DNA of 64,000 nt from Eukaryota sp. TZLM1-RC (Eukaryota; Protista; Metamonada: BaSk clade), in NCBI GenBank assembly GCA_040285825.1, contig JAUPSS010000012.1:600144-664143 (forward strand), read 5' to 3'. Positions 1 through 11,489 of this stretch are shown here, in pieces. A model generated the notes under the pieces. The model had not been told where the DNA came from. It searched no databases and was given only the letters and a program-made list of their open reading frames with translations. The translations under genes were made by a program, and so were the position numbers. Numbering within the stretch: the first letter of the stretch is position 1; each line of letters begins with the position of its first letter.

Positions 1-390
1 GATTTTATTCTTTTTGTTCATCTGTTAGGTAATGCTGCTTCGCTTCGTGGCAAATCTGTGATTTTAAAAGAAGAGCTTGCCAGTCTATCCTCCACAAAAG
101 AAACCAGTAATACTCTTGTCCTCTGTTTCATTTGTGATCTTATTAAAAATGGCCGTGTTCTGCCTGATGCCCAAGAAGCAAAAATCTTGTTCAGGTCTTC
201 AACTGCTTATTCTTCCTCCTGCAAGGTTTTAACTGCGCTATTTTCGGTCTTTCGTTTCCTTTTTCAATGGTCACATCATCCTGAAGCAGATGAATCGAAT
301 TTTGTTGAGGACTGTTATCTCTTTGATCAAAATGTTTCTCTGCTCAATGATTTTTCTTCAAAGAAGATGTTGAACAATTTGCTGAGTTAG
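1..390 (+). CDS. Partial ORF of unknown function, open from the window edge; outside the array
   Basis: Frame +1 is open from base 1 to the TAG at 390 (DFILFVHLLGNAASLRGK...NNLLS). No recognised motif. Bases 145-326 recur inverted in each array unit. Confidence 0.4.
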   Translation, partial: DFILFVHLLGNAASLRGKSVILKEELASLSSTKETSNTLVLCFICDLIKNGRVLPDAQEAKILFRSSTAYSSSCKVLTALFSVFRFLFQWSHHPEADESNFVEDCYLFDQNVSLLNDFSSKKMLNNLLS

Positions 391-825
391 ATTTTGAAAC
401 AAAAAGATACCTGAATACATTTATCATTCATCTGTCAGCATTGAGGTATCTAATTTGTTTTACATTGGACAAATTGGATTTCAAGAAGTTTTGGATATAC
501 CATAGATTTTGTGATCTTAAAGACAGTCCCAATGTGCTACCCAAAAGTAGTTTGTTTGTCCTGGAAAGGACCAATGATAACAATTTTGTCTTAATAAATA
601 AGCAAGTTGATGTTGATTGTATTGATTCATTGAATTTTAATGATCATTATTTTTGTTTCACTTCAACAATAGCTTCTGAATGGGGGGTAGCATTGTTAAA
701 GAACTAACTCTAGACTTGAACAGATTTCACAGAAAAGGAAACAGATATTATTGTTTGTCATCAAAGAAAGTTTAAAATAAATAAATCTATAAGTATAAAT
801 GATAATAAATGGTATAATTAAAAAA

Positions 826-1208
826 TATTTATTGAATTTGCACACTTAATTAAATTAATTCATAACTAATGGGACGAATATCATTGAACCAAGATTTTTC
901 AACAAAATCTTGATCTGCTTTCTGTGTAGCTAAAGCTTCTCTTATTCGATTGAAAAACCGAGGTAATCTATTAATAATGGCAAATTGAATCCGTGAACGC
1001 CATAAGCAAATACCAAATCTTCTCATTGTTTTTTCTTTAACCATTTTTTGGAAGTCATTCAAAAAAGTTTCTGCTTCATGTGATAATCTTCCGTTTATCG
1101 AAAACGGAAAAGCAATAAAAACTAGCTGTGTATTTCTATCGACATTAGCCTCCTCAGTATCTTTATCATATTTTCTATGTCTTTCTTTTGCTTTAAAATC
1201 AAGAACAT
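826..1208 (-). mobile_element. 3' fragment of CRE-like RLE non-LTR retrotransposon (family E, diverged variant)
   Basis: ORF 850-1227 has KERHRKY, FIAFPFSINGRL and LWRSRIQFAI, typical of the RLE C-terminus. Similar to but distinct from 18490-18870. Confidence 0.75.
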
Positions 1209-1659
1209 TTAACAAAACATGTAACATGTAACAAGGGTCTTAATGTTTCATCACTAACTTCATCATCTAGATCATCTGAACCTTAAGTTTTGGCATTGGT
1301 AAATTTCAAGTTTAAATTGTGTTCAATCAACCAACTTAAGGTTAATGGTAAATTATATCATTTACATGTAAAAACATGATAATTAACTAAAACCCAAACC
1401 AGCGAAAATCATCCTTCATGAGAAATTTTAGTTAGTTTAATAATAAATAAATAATAAATAAGAATAAAGATTTCCACTCAAAACCATGTTCTAGGTTCAA
1501 ATACCACCACCTCCAACAAAATAACAGTAGAAATCCCAATGTTTGTGGGTTCAACTCCCAGTTGTCGGAAATCATATGGGGTAATCATAAGGGAATAGAG
1601 GGTGCAAATGTGATGAAAATCAGCAAGCTAAGGTCAATGAAATGTATAATGAAGTTTGC

Positions 1660-2100
1660 TGGACAATACAGGTGTGGAATGGAAACTGAATGTCCCAGGT
1701 ATGAATTTGAAGTAAAAGTAGAATACAGTGTGGAGAACGATGGTGGTGAATATCAAGTATCTTTCTTGTTGAAATAAGCACGAGCACATCAAGAGAATGA
1801 TCAAGAAAAAGAGTGATTATACCAGAGACACATTATATGGATGATACGAAAGTAGAGGGAATGAACTGAAAGAACTACACCAAGAATGAAGTGAGTTGGG
1901 TTTCAAAGAATATCTTGAAAGGATATCTGTAATGTTTACAGTTTCTGAAGGGTGTAAAAATATCCGATCGATCGGCTTGGACAGAAGATTCAAAACCTAA
2001 TATCCGAGGGTCGTCTAGGTTATTTAGATTGTGCTACGTCAATAACAGGATTCTTGAACTTTATAGACAGAATAATCAAGGCTGACTATGTAAGTCTAAA
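1660..2100 (+). pseudogene. Possible highly degenerate LTR/DIRS-type reverse transcriptase remnant (also ~18040-18450, ~32830-33245, ~46690-47120)
   Basis: Across frames and in the expected order: (NR)MSQ, HYMDDT (YMDD at 1834-1845), ELGF, LQFLKG, ITGFLNF. Many stops. Confidence 0.3.
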
Positions 2101-2134
2101 AATAATATGAAGTTATTGCTTCTTTGTTATTTAA

Positions 2135-2557
2135 TATTTATTGAATTTTCACACTTAATTAAATTAACTCATAACTAATGGGACGACTATCATTGAACCA
2201 AGATTTCCTCTACAAAATCTTGATCTGCTTGCTGTCTAGCTAAAGCTTCTCTTATTCGATTGAAAAACCGAGGTAATCTATTAATAATGGCAAATTGAAT
2301 CCGTGAACGCCATAAGACAATATCAAAACTTTTCATTGTTTTTACTTGAACATTTTTTTGGAAATCATTCAAAAAAGTTTCTGCTTCATTTGATAATCTT
2401 CCATTAATCGAAAATGGGAAAGCAATAAAAACCAGCTGTGTATTTCTATCAACATTAGCCTCCTCAGTATCTGTATCATATTTTCTATGTCTTTCTTTTG
2501 CTTTAAAATCAAGAACACTTACAGGACCAAGTTTTCCTCTGTGAACAACAGTATCAT
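2135..2557 (-). mobile_element. RLE 3' fragment (family E, minus copy), truncated and joined to the RT fragment
   Basis: Same sequence as 18485-18910. Junction at GTATCA-TTG-AAATC. Confidence 0.8.
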
Positions 2558-3103
2558 TGAAATCAATGTTGGAATAGACTTGAAAATGCAGAAAACAATT
2601 CTATTTATCCAGAAAGTGGAGTTCATTGTTTTACCAGACCTATTCAGTAACACTTTTTTGAAATTTTCAAAAAAGTGCAACCCTGAAGGTCCAATATTGC
2701 CAAAAAGAGAAATTGCAAACGGCACAAACTGATATTTCACATGTTCCACTCTACCTAACTGTGCCAAAGGTTCTTCATATTTTTTTATCTTCTTTTTTTC
2801 GGCGTTAAAATTACAGAAATGTCATCCATATATGCTACAATATCTATTTCTGGGAATTTTTCTTTCAATTCGCACATTAATGGATGAATTGCCAGACAAA
2901 AGAAAAAAGGACCAAGTGGATCACCTTGTTTAACACCTGAAGACGAAAACAGGTCAAAGTTTTCATAGACCAATGTGGATGATTTTCCATAAAATGAATA
3001 GAAAAAAGGCTCAACTTCAGGAAAATGCTTTTTGCAGCAAAGGTAAAATGGAAGAACGAGATACAGAATTGAAAGCATTCTTAAAATCTAAATTGAAGAT
3101 GTT
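2558..3103 (-). mobile_element. Internally deleted CRE-like RT/RLE fragment (family R), 3'-truncated copy
   Basis: LDFKNAFNSVSR, SSGVKQGDPLGP and AYMDD, followed directly by KKYEE..FVPFAISLFG. Confidence 0.9.
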
Positions 3104-3719
3104 CTATAAAGTTAACCGTAATCTTTAAACGTTAATTCATTTAAAATAATTATTTAGAAAGCAACATTACCCGTAATTACACATATACGATTTACTCATT
3201 CAAGTGCTGATGCTCTATCAAAATGGCTCATAATTTGAAATTTGTGTTTCATTCTCTCCTCAGTTCATTTCAAAAACACAGGGAATGTTGGTTCAATAAA
3301 TTGAGTGCTATTAAGTCTGGGTACTGAAATACAAGAAATATTTTTGATTTTGACTCAAAAATGAATTATGTTTTTATAACTACAGAAAAAAACCCAACTG
3401 AGCAAACTCCAGTCAATCTTTATAATCCTGTAAAATGGAAACTACAAAAAAATATTACTTAGTATTAATTAATAAGAAGTAATTCCACTAAACATTCATT
3501 AAGATGAATGCCAACTCAACAAATCCAATTTATTCCTTGGATTGTGATCTCGTGTTTTATATCCATGTGTCAATTGCTGAATTTCCTCAAAAGAGTTTCG
3601 CAACAAATATTTGTAACAATAAGAAGAAAAATTGTTTCAACCTCCTTACATAATTGAATTGTTTTATTGAACTACAACACTTAATAAAAATTCAAATTGA
3701 CAAAAAAACTAATTCTCAT

Positions 3720-4022
3720 TTGGCACATTACAGAAGACAACGTCAACAGCAGCTTTAGAGTCCGCAACCCTATCGCATTATATATCACCCCTGTCATCAA
3801 CTAAAAATATTCAATGACAGTTCATCTTTCACCAGAGGCTCTTTAATACACCAGATTCAGGCAGTTCATGCCATATTGAACACAGTGCCTCTAACAGCAT
3901 CATGTTATGAAGAACAATCAGTTATCAATTCCGAACAATTCAGAGCATGATGCAAAGTGAGCTGTGGTGAATTTGAATACACTTTTTAGTGATAATTGAT
4001 CAATAGGAATGTTCAAACATAT
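3720..4022 (-). pseudogene. Stop-riddled zinc-knuckle/RLE remnant (family D); also ~12103-12405, 28160-28462, 41983-42288, 52100-52400, 62383-62690
   Basis: Minus translation SNSPQLTLHHALNC...*HDAVRG...KEPLVK...DDRGDI*CD...AAVDVV is homologous to family E, with in-frame stops. Confidence 0.75.
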
Positions 4023-4210
4023 TTATGCAAAAAAATAAAATAGTCTATAACATATAACAACAAATATAAGATAAGGTAACCGATGAAAACTCATTCGCAA
4101 TGGTTCATGCATATGTTCTGAAACATTGTGGAAGTTGTGAAACAGCAGGGTTTTTCAAATATAAACAAAAACTAAGCTTTTTAAATAGACTCATCTACCT
4201 TAATAAACAA

Positions 4211-7200
4211 TCACAGGGTTTTTGGTGAAATTTTAAGGTAGGGTTTATTTTTGGAGAAAATAATAATAGCATTTGAATCACAAAATACTGTGACGGGCAA
4301 TTGGTCATTTGATAGAGTTCTCACATTCATGCTGCCTACACTGTCTTTGGTCAACGCAGCTGGCATGAACATGTAAGAATCCTGCTGTGCCTTACACAGC
4401 CTATATTTGGAATCTCTTAGTTCAAGATAACAGGATTGTTGATTTATAAATTGGTCATCAATAAGAACAATGTTGAAATTCTTGGATCGGAATAACTCAG
4501 GCTTAAAATATAATTGGAGCATTGTAGTTAGTGTACAGTTTTTACTACTACTACTAGTGAAAACATCTTCCAAATTATTAAATACAGATTCACAATCAGT
4601 TTCACCGTAAAGAAACAGAGTAGCTGCCTCTAAAGATAGATTTCGGTGGTCTTTCTCCACAACAGTTGCCAATGTAAAACAATCTGAATTATCATCATCT
4701 TCATCATGTTGCAACAATAGTCGCGATTGAGGAATTTTGATATACTCAGCAACAGTATCATTATCCCAAACCAAATTTCGATCGTCAAAAGATAACATCT
4801 TACTTATGAAGAAAAAAAGACCATATTCTACCAACTGCTAGTTGCTCATCATCAGACAATGCTTCAAAACTGTGAGACAGCAAAAATTCTCCCATACTCG
4901 TAAACCATGAATCAAATTGAAGGACGGAATCTGGGGATTTTTCAACTAAAGAAATAAATAACTCATGTGTGAGATACTCGCTGGTGGAAAAACGGTTAGC
5001 CAAATCATTTCTACCCGAAAAATAACAACAACAATATGTCAATAAAAATCCATGCGCTGCAAAAAGTAGACCCGGAATCCTCAGCCAATGCCTGTTGATA
5101 GGAAATCAACGAGAGATCCAAACAGTGTGCTCTCCTGGAATGCAAATTTTGAGCAAAATAACGGAATGTATCCCCTAGAATAGTGAAGAACTGAGAAATT
5201 TGACGTTCTTTAACAAAACCTTCAGGCACATCGTAATCTCCAAATTTTTCAACAATTTTGCCACTGTTGTTAAAAAAATACAAATGGCTTCATCTATAAG
5301 TTTTTCAACTTCGAATCCCTCTTTTGCACAAATTTTCAAAAACGAACATTGAAGCTGACTATATAATAATTCTGAAGGAAGATTTTCGCTAGTACATCGG
5401 ATTAAAAAAATAGAGATCAAAAGCATCTTTTGGTTGAATTTTAATTTTACCTCTTCGATTAAGAAATAACTTTCGAATAACCTTTATAAAAACAGAATGA
5501 AACCATGCTTCGCTTCCAGAATCCCAAAGAAGACGAAAAGCATTCATAATAGTTGATTCGCCAGAGTTGGTTGAAGAAGAACAAATTATTTCAGCAACAG
5601 TTCTATTTATACAAAATAGACCTGTACCAGCTCCAACAGCAGGGAGAATAATTCTGTTAAAACAAGGCAACTTTTCAAAATTAGAATGAAATCTTTCAGA
5701 AGTGAATAAATCAAGGGGAAATTGTTCTGATTTCCCAGTCACCGAAAACAAGACAATAAAATAGAAATAGTCCTTTATCTCGATCGTTCAGTTTCTTCCA
5801 CATTGAATCGAGCAAACTCTTAACTGTAGTCTCAGCTAAGGAAAAATTCTTCTTAAATAATGCAATTCCTATATATAAGAAATCTTTTTCAACATGTCGT
5901 CCTAGTTTTTTTGTTTAATTGATCACAACGTTTGTTCAAAGTAGAAATAAAATTGTCTCTATAAAGATTCATTTCATACGTGTATTTTTTTGTATCGAAA
6001 CATCCTTTCTTTCAAGGCCGGTAACTTGTTTCCAATGTACACCAAATGAAAAAAACTCAAAGTGTCTCTGGCTAAGTGTATTCATGAGTTTGTGTACATT
6101 GTTCAACGGCAAATCCTTACAAAATAGAACTACACTGTTAATATAGATAAGACTTTCATATACTTTGTCCGGGGTATCAGACACAAATTTCTCCAATTGA
6201 TAACAAACCACATTGTTTAATTTCGATAATGCAAAAATAAATAGCAGTTGTTAGTCCAATACACGGTGATTTCCGTTGGACGCAAGTAACATATTTTCCT
6301 TTTGGTGATAAGTCGCTAAATTCTTGGCAAATGTCTTTCATTCCAGAATGTACTGGAACTGAATGATCACATTCATAAGAAAAAAAGGCTTGGATGTACC
6401 CTACCTCCTTGAAAAAAATTTTCTAGAGCTTGAAGTGCATCTTCGTCGCTGGCGAAAGGTTGAAAATTAATGACGGAGAGATGTTGATTAGGCCCATTGA
6501 GAGCCGCATGTTTAAAAAGGGAAGCGGTAATCGACAATGGGATCGTAAGTATTTAACAAATTGAAAATTAGGTTTGATAATTGACAAAATGAAATTTTGA
6601 TTAAATTACGCATATTAAAGTTTGGATCCATCTTATAAACATAACAAGGTTTACCATTAATAGGAGAAACTTGACTAGGAGCACAATTGATATCTTCCCT
6701 GGCTGAAACATGTAGTGCAGCTTTAATATTTGATAACTCAACAAGTTGTGCTTCATAAGTACTAAATAACGACTCAGATGCCGTATCAAAATACGTTACA
6801 AATGGATATGCAAACAAATTGTAAAACAAAATGAGAATATTGTTGCAATATTGATGTGAATTCCTCCGAATTGAACAAAACAGCACACCCACGGGTCTCC
6901 GAAACTGATTTGGGCAAAACTGAAGGAAAATTTGTCAGAAACTGGGCTTTTTGACTTTCATCAAGGTCTCGAAAAGAACAGACCTATTTTCAATGCGACT
7001 GAAGTAAGTTTGTATAAGGTTTTTGTAGAGCATAGGAATTGTATTCTTGATCATTAAGCACTTGTCACTAACGAAGAACTCTATCATCCAAATAGATCTT
7101 TTTCGAGGCTATATCAAAGAGATAATGAACACGAAAATCTGGTACGAAATTCAAATAGTAGGACATGGCACTAATGAGATTAATTTTATAAGGGTAAGGC

Positions 7201-7525
7201 TTCATATCAGGGAGACTAGGGAGGTCAGCTAATTTGGTTTTGAAAGGCTCTATCTCAACAGATTCTTCACTGAGCAAGATAATGTAAACAGCTTTCATGT
7301 TGTTCTCTGTGACAAAAAGGATTCAAAGTATTATGAAGACCACAGATTGTGTGAAGGAAAGACTTGTGGGTAGATTCAAATGTAGTGCTTGGATACGATT
7401 GAAAGGGGTTGGATCTTTTTGAGATCTAGGTGGTCTTGCTCCACAGGTACTGAAGAAAACCACGAGCGCAGGGTGTGAAGTATATTTGATCGATGCATCT
7501 CAGAAGTAAGTACAAAAAGCTGCAT
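4211..7525 (-). CDS. SAMD9-like STAND protein, copy 1 (type 1, complete AlbA-like N-terminus; homopolymer frameshifts)
   Basis: Fragment ORFs join into ~1100 aa with EQDHLDLK, TICGLHNT, YFDTASES, ENFFQGGRV, SPCIGLTT, VVLFCKD, DFLYIGIALFKKNF, IRKLFLNRR and TILGDTFR, collinear with SAMD9-family motifs recalled from memory. Confidence 0.72.
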
Positions 7526-7531
7526 TTCCAA

Positions 7532-7990
7532 GCATCATCATCTCATCACACAACTCCATGTCCTTTGTTATACGTATTCATTCTTCTTTCTTTACGTTAG
7601 ACACTGAATTCCGGAAAAAGTCTCAAACATGAGCTCCTTTTTGATATCATACGAGCAACAATTCTGAAATCATTGCACTTTCTAGAGTCTTTTTACCTTG
7701 GTGAATTCCACACAAAAGTTTCTCAACAGTTGAGAAGTTAATTCATCCGAAGCTTATTTTACTTGGTGGCTGCAAAGGTTCTACTCTTAATGTACAAACC
7801 CAAACTGTGAATAATTCTTAGGATCACGAACAGCATTATGAAGAACTGGCCGATATTGAAGAAATTTCTTACAACTCACAATACGACGGAAATTGACAGA
7901 CGGTTTTTTTGTTACAAATACAAGCAAATTATTCAAAAGTTCACTTGGATACAGCCCTAATCTCAAACGCATGTTTTGTTTTCAAGATTC
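7532..7990 (-). pseudogene. Decayed RLE retroelement 3' remnant (family Z); also ~23563-24030, 37356-37810, 47457-47915, 57802-58260
   Basis: MRLRLGL...IVSCKKF...LHNAVRD...VEPL is the conserved pre-knuckle, knuckle and RHN/EP region of RLE elements. Confidence 0.75.
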
Positions 7991-8034
7991 ATTTGTTAGA
8001 TGAAGACCGAATAGCCTTGGTTGCTGAGAAATTA

Positions 8035-8230
8035 AACCAGTGCAATTTTTGAATGACTTTCAAAAAAAGCGACAAAAAAAAGGAAAAAAAGGGACAGAAA
8101 CATAAAATTTGTTCCAATTGCATTTTCAATTTTTTGGTACCCTTGGAACTGAAGATCTCAATTGATTAGATGATTTAGGAAATCTTCTCACAGAAAGTGG
8201 TCGTACATTCAGTTTTATACTGTTTTTCGA
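8035..8230 (+). pseudogene. RLE C-terminal remnant (family Y), repeated in each unit; a related piece lies at 10226-10290
   Basis: Plus translation KFVPIAFSIFGTLGTEDLN*LDDLGNLLTESGRTF matches the F-x-P-x-A-x-S-x-x-G-x-L-G motif seen in families R and E. Confidence 0.7.
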
Positions 8231-8289
8231 GGTTAGATTCTGTGCCCAGAATTGTAGCAATGTGGTTGTTGCGGTTGGAGCTCAGAATA

Positions 8290-8350
8290 CGTTCCAGTTA
8301 CTGTTATTTAACGTAACGTAACAGTTACGGATACGCATCGTCCAACCCTA
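8290..8350 (-). mobile_element. Candidate solo hAT-like transposon end with GTAAC/GTTAC subterminal repeats (also ending 24390, 38169, 48274, 58613)
   Basis: Minus strand begins TAGGGTTGGACGAT, followed by clustered GTAAC/GTTAC/TAACG motifs forming an imperfect hairpin. No partner end found. Confidence 0.35.
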
Positions 8351-8724
8351 CATCAAATACAAATCCCTTGCATCATCATCTCATCTCAGCTTATTATTTC
8401 CGCAAAAGAGTTTCCCAACAATTATATGTAGCAATAAGAAAAAATTGTTTCAACCTCCAGACATAATTGAATTACATTATTAAACTACAACACTTAAATT
8501 TAAACTTAAGTTTAAATTGACAAAAACTAATTCTATTTAATACCTGAATGGAAGTTGATAAATTAACCATTTGCAAAAACAATTTTGAAAACACTGCAGT
8601 AACATGAACAGATTGAAATACCTTATGATTTTTTTGTAAAATAGCACAAAGGAATATCAACATTTGGACTACAAATTTGCTTCAAAATCATGATGTTGTT
8701 CAAACTGTATTATAATTATACCTC

Positions 8725-10040
8725 AAGCCGAATTATATTCAATTGATGCTATTCGTCATTTGGGTTCGTTTTTAGGAAATAATGATGACATTACCAAAAA
8801 TGTTTAAAAAGTTGAACTCAATTTCCGATACAATTGACCGAATGATGACTATAGATGTACAGAGACATATCAAATTTACCATTATAAGACTGTGTTTTTA
8901 ATTCCAACTTCAATCATATATTTCGATCTAAAAATCCTCTTTCCACTAGGCCTTTGGCTCAGAAGTTTGATGAGTTAGGTGCAAATGTTTTGTCACAATT
9001 TTTTGGGATGTAAAATGTTCTAAATTCCAGACCATGCTTACCTTAGTCCACATTATGGCGGTTTAAGTTGGATGAGGGCTTCTATTCTGACTTCGTGTGT
9101 TTTTTATTGGGGGATGCAAAAACGCAATCTTTGAGTTTTCCGAAATATTTGCAGATCGGGAAAATTTTTTATAACGCAAAAGTTCTACTGTTTTCGTATT
9201 AAATAAAGAAATTTCAAAAATTGATGTAGAAAAATGGAGTCGATGCTTTCCATCATTGTATTGCAATATTCCAGAAAAGAATCTATTAAATTTAAAATAC
9301 ACTCTTCGAACATTTTAGAAACGATTGACTGGAATGTATGAAACTGATCTTTATAATATATATATGCAGCTCGGCTGTTTTTAAATCACAATCTTCACTC
9401 ATTGTTATTGGAAAAGGGTGTTTGTGAATGCCAGTCATCAGATTCTTCACTTTTTGTAAAAATTGTACCACGAAGATTTGGACTGTGTGTTACTAATGAT
9501 GCATTTGTAATAAAAATGAGATTATATTTGAATATCCCCATTAATCAACTATTATCAAAAGAAAAATGTATTTGTTCGAATTCACCTCAACTCACTTTGC
9601 GCCATGCTCTGAATTGTTCTAAATTGATAACTTATCGTTCTTCATTACATGATCCTGCTAGAGACACTCTTTTCAATATAGCACAAACTGTAAGCATATC
9701 GTGTAACAAAGAGCCTCTGCTAAAGCAAACACGTTCTCAGAATTATTTTTGGTTGTGGTGATAAAGTTGCTGTATACTGTGATTGGATTGATAATTCTGA
9801 AGCTACTTTTGACTTTGTCTCATGTAATGATGCAAATGATACTGTTGTTCACAGAGGAAAACTTGGTCCTGTAAGTGTTCTTGATTTTAAAGCAAAAGAA
9901 AGACATAGAAAATATGATACAGATACTGAGGAGGCTAATGTTGATAGAAATACACAGCTGGTTTTTATTGCTTTCCTATTTTCGATAAATGGAAGATTAT
10001 CAGATGAAGCAGAAACTTTTTTGAATGATTTCCAAAAATG
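8725..10040 (+). mobile_element. CRE-like non-LTR retrotransposon fragment (family E): RT end, thumb, zinc knuckle, RLE; pseudogenised
   Basis: RHLGSFLG, PHYGGL, MRLYLNIP, CICSNSPQLTLRHALNC, LHDPARD, KEPLL, KERHRKY. In-frame stops (MF*IPD, TF*KRL) are shared by the copies. Confidence 0.88.
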
Positions 10041-10041
10041 G

Positions 10042-10223
10042 TCAAAGAGATAACAGTACTCAATGAAATTCGATTCATCTGCTTCAGAATGATGTGACCA
10101 TTGAAAAAGGAAACGAAAGACCGAAAATAGTGCAGTTAAAACCTTACAGGAGGAAGAATAAGCAGTTGAAGAACTGAACAAGATTTTTGCTTCTTGGGCA
10201 TCAGGAAGAACACGGCCATTTTT
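10042..10223 (-). repeat. Inverted, slightly diverged copy of 145-326, captured in each unit (also ~26087, 39885, 49990, 60317)
   Basis: The reverse complement matches 145-326 apart from scattered substitutions. The ORF track shows the same SSTAYSSSCKVLTALF peptide. Confidence 0.9.
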
Positions 10224-10852
10224 TTAGATCTCAATTTTTCAAATGATTTAGGAAATCTTCTCAAAGAAAGTGGTCGTACATTCGATTTTTCTGATCAGTC
10301 GTTTTGTATTGAGCATTCAAAACCATATATTTCCCATACTAGACGACACAGGTTGATTGATTGAGTTCAATAAATAAGCTTAAAACAAATGATCCAAGAC
10401 TTTATATTAAAGACATTTGGATTGGCAAGGTTGCACAATATAATTATTATATATAGTATATTATATTCATATTTATTACAGTATTTGCACAGTACTTATT
10501 GAACAAAATATCTCATTTGAGGAAATACTGGAAGAATTTTTCATCAACCCATATACATAATTCTGTTTCTCAATTAATAAAAAAATTTACACAATTTCCT
10601 TGAGGTTAAGCCGTCTTTTTAATAAGCAAAATTTATGCTGGCAACAGCACAAAAAAACTATAACAAAATTGTATCACCAACTGATCACTGTTTGGATGGA
10701 CCCAGTTCAAAAACAAAACTTTCAGTATCGTGGTAGAGGGAATGTATTGATATCAATTTGTGATTAATTATTGTAAATAGTTCTATAAAAAAAATTTATA
10801 ATACTTTAATTTATTTTTAAAACTGGAATAATTATTGAGATAAAAAAACCAT

Positions 10853-11489
10853 CTAGAATTCAATATCCTCCAAACAAGCGTCACTATTACTGAACCTACT
10901 CACAGCATTACGTTCATATTCTACACCAATAGCTAAAAGCGCCTTTGAAATCAATGTTGGAATAGACTTGAAAATGCAGAAAACAATTCTATTTATCCAG
11001 AAAGTGGAGTTCATTGTTTTACCAGACCTATTCAGTAACACTTTTTTGAAATTTTCAAAAAAGTGCAACCCTGAAGGTCCAATATTGCCAAAAAGAGAAA
11101 TTGCAAACGGCACAAACTGATATTTCACATGTTCCACTCTACCTAACTGTGCCAAAGGTTCTTCATATTTTTTTATCTTCTTTTTTTCGGCGTTAAAATT
11201 ACAGAAATGTCATCCATATATGCTACAATATCTATTTCTGGGAATTTTTCTTTCAATTCGCACATTAATGGATGAATTGCCAGACAAAAGAAAAAAGGAC
11301 CAAGTGGATCACCTTGTTTAACACCTGAAGACGAAAACAGGTCAAAGTTTTCATAGACCAATGTGGATGATTTTCCATAAAATGAATAGAAAAAGGCTCA
11401 ACTTCAGGAAAATGCTTTTGCAGCAAAGGTAAAATGGAAGAACGAGATACAGAATTGAAAGCATTCTTAAAATCTAAATTGAAGATGTT
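10853..11489 (-). mobile_element. Internally deleted CRE-like RT/RLE fragment (family R)
   Basis: RT motifs LDFKNAFNS, GVKQGDPLGP and YMDD fused to the RLE C-terminus (NAEKKKIKKY, FVPFAISLFG, FWINRI) ending EDIEF*. Confidence 0.92.

Noticed and set aside
441-707. 88-aa ORF
   Set aside because: TTG start, no motif and no supporting homology; possibly a decayed continuation of the upstream ORF.
5919-6789. Small ORFs such as MITTFVQS (+) and MIRHLSRY (-), and their repeats
   Set aside because: They are antisense or alternate-frame shadows of the large gene and recur only because the DNA is repeated.
8153-10283. ~58-bp direct repeat read as a TSD or LTR flanking family E
   Set aside because: Both copies translate as the same RLE C-terminal peptide, so they are paralogous coding remnants.
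8725-11489. One intact autonomous retrotransposon made of E and R
   Set aside because: Opposite strands, different families, in-frame stops and large deletions.
10853-11489. Bacterial retron, group II intron or DGR reverse transcriptase system
   Set aside because: Motifs (DFKNAFNS, QGDPLGP, RLE tail) are those of eukaryotic CRE-like non-LTR elements. No template/variable repeat pair or operon structure was seen.
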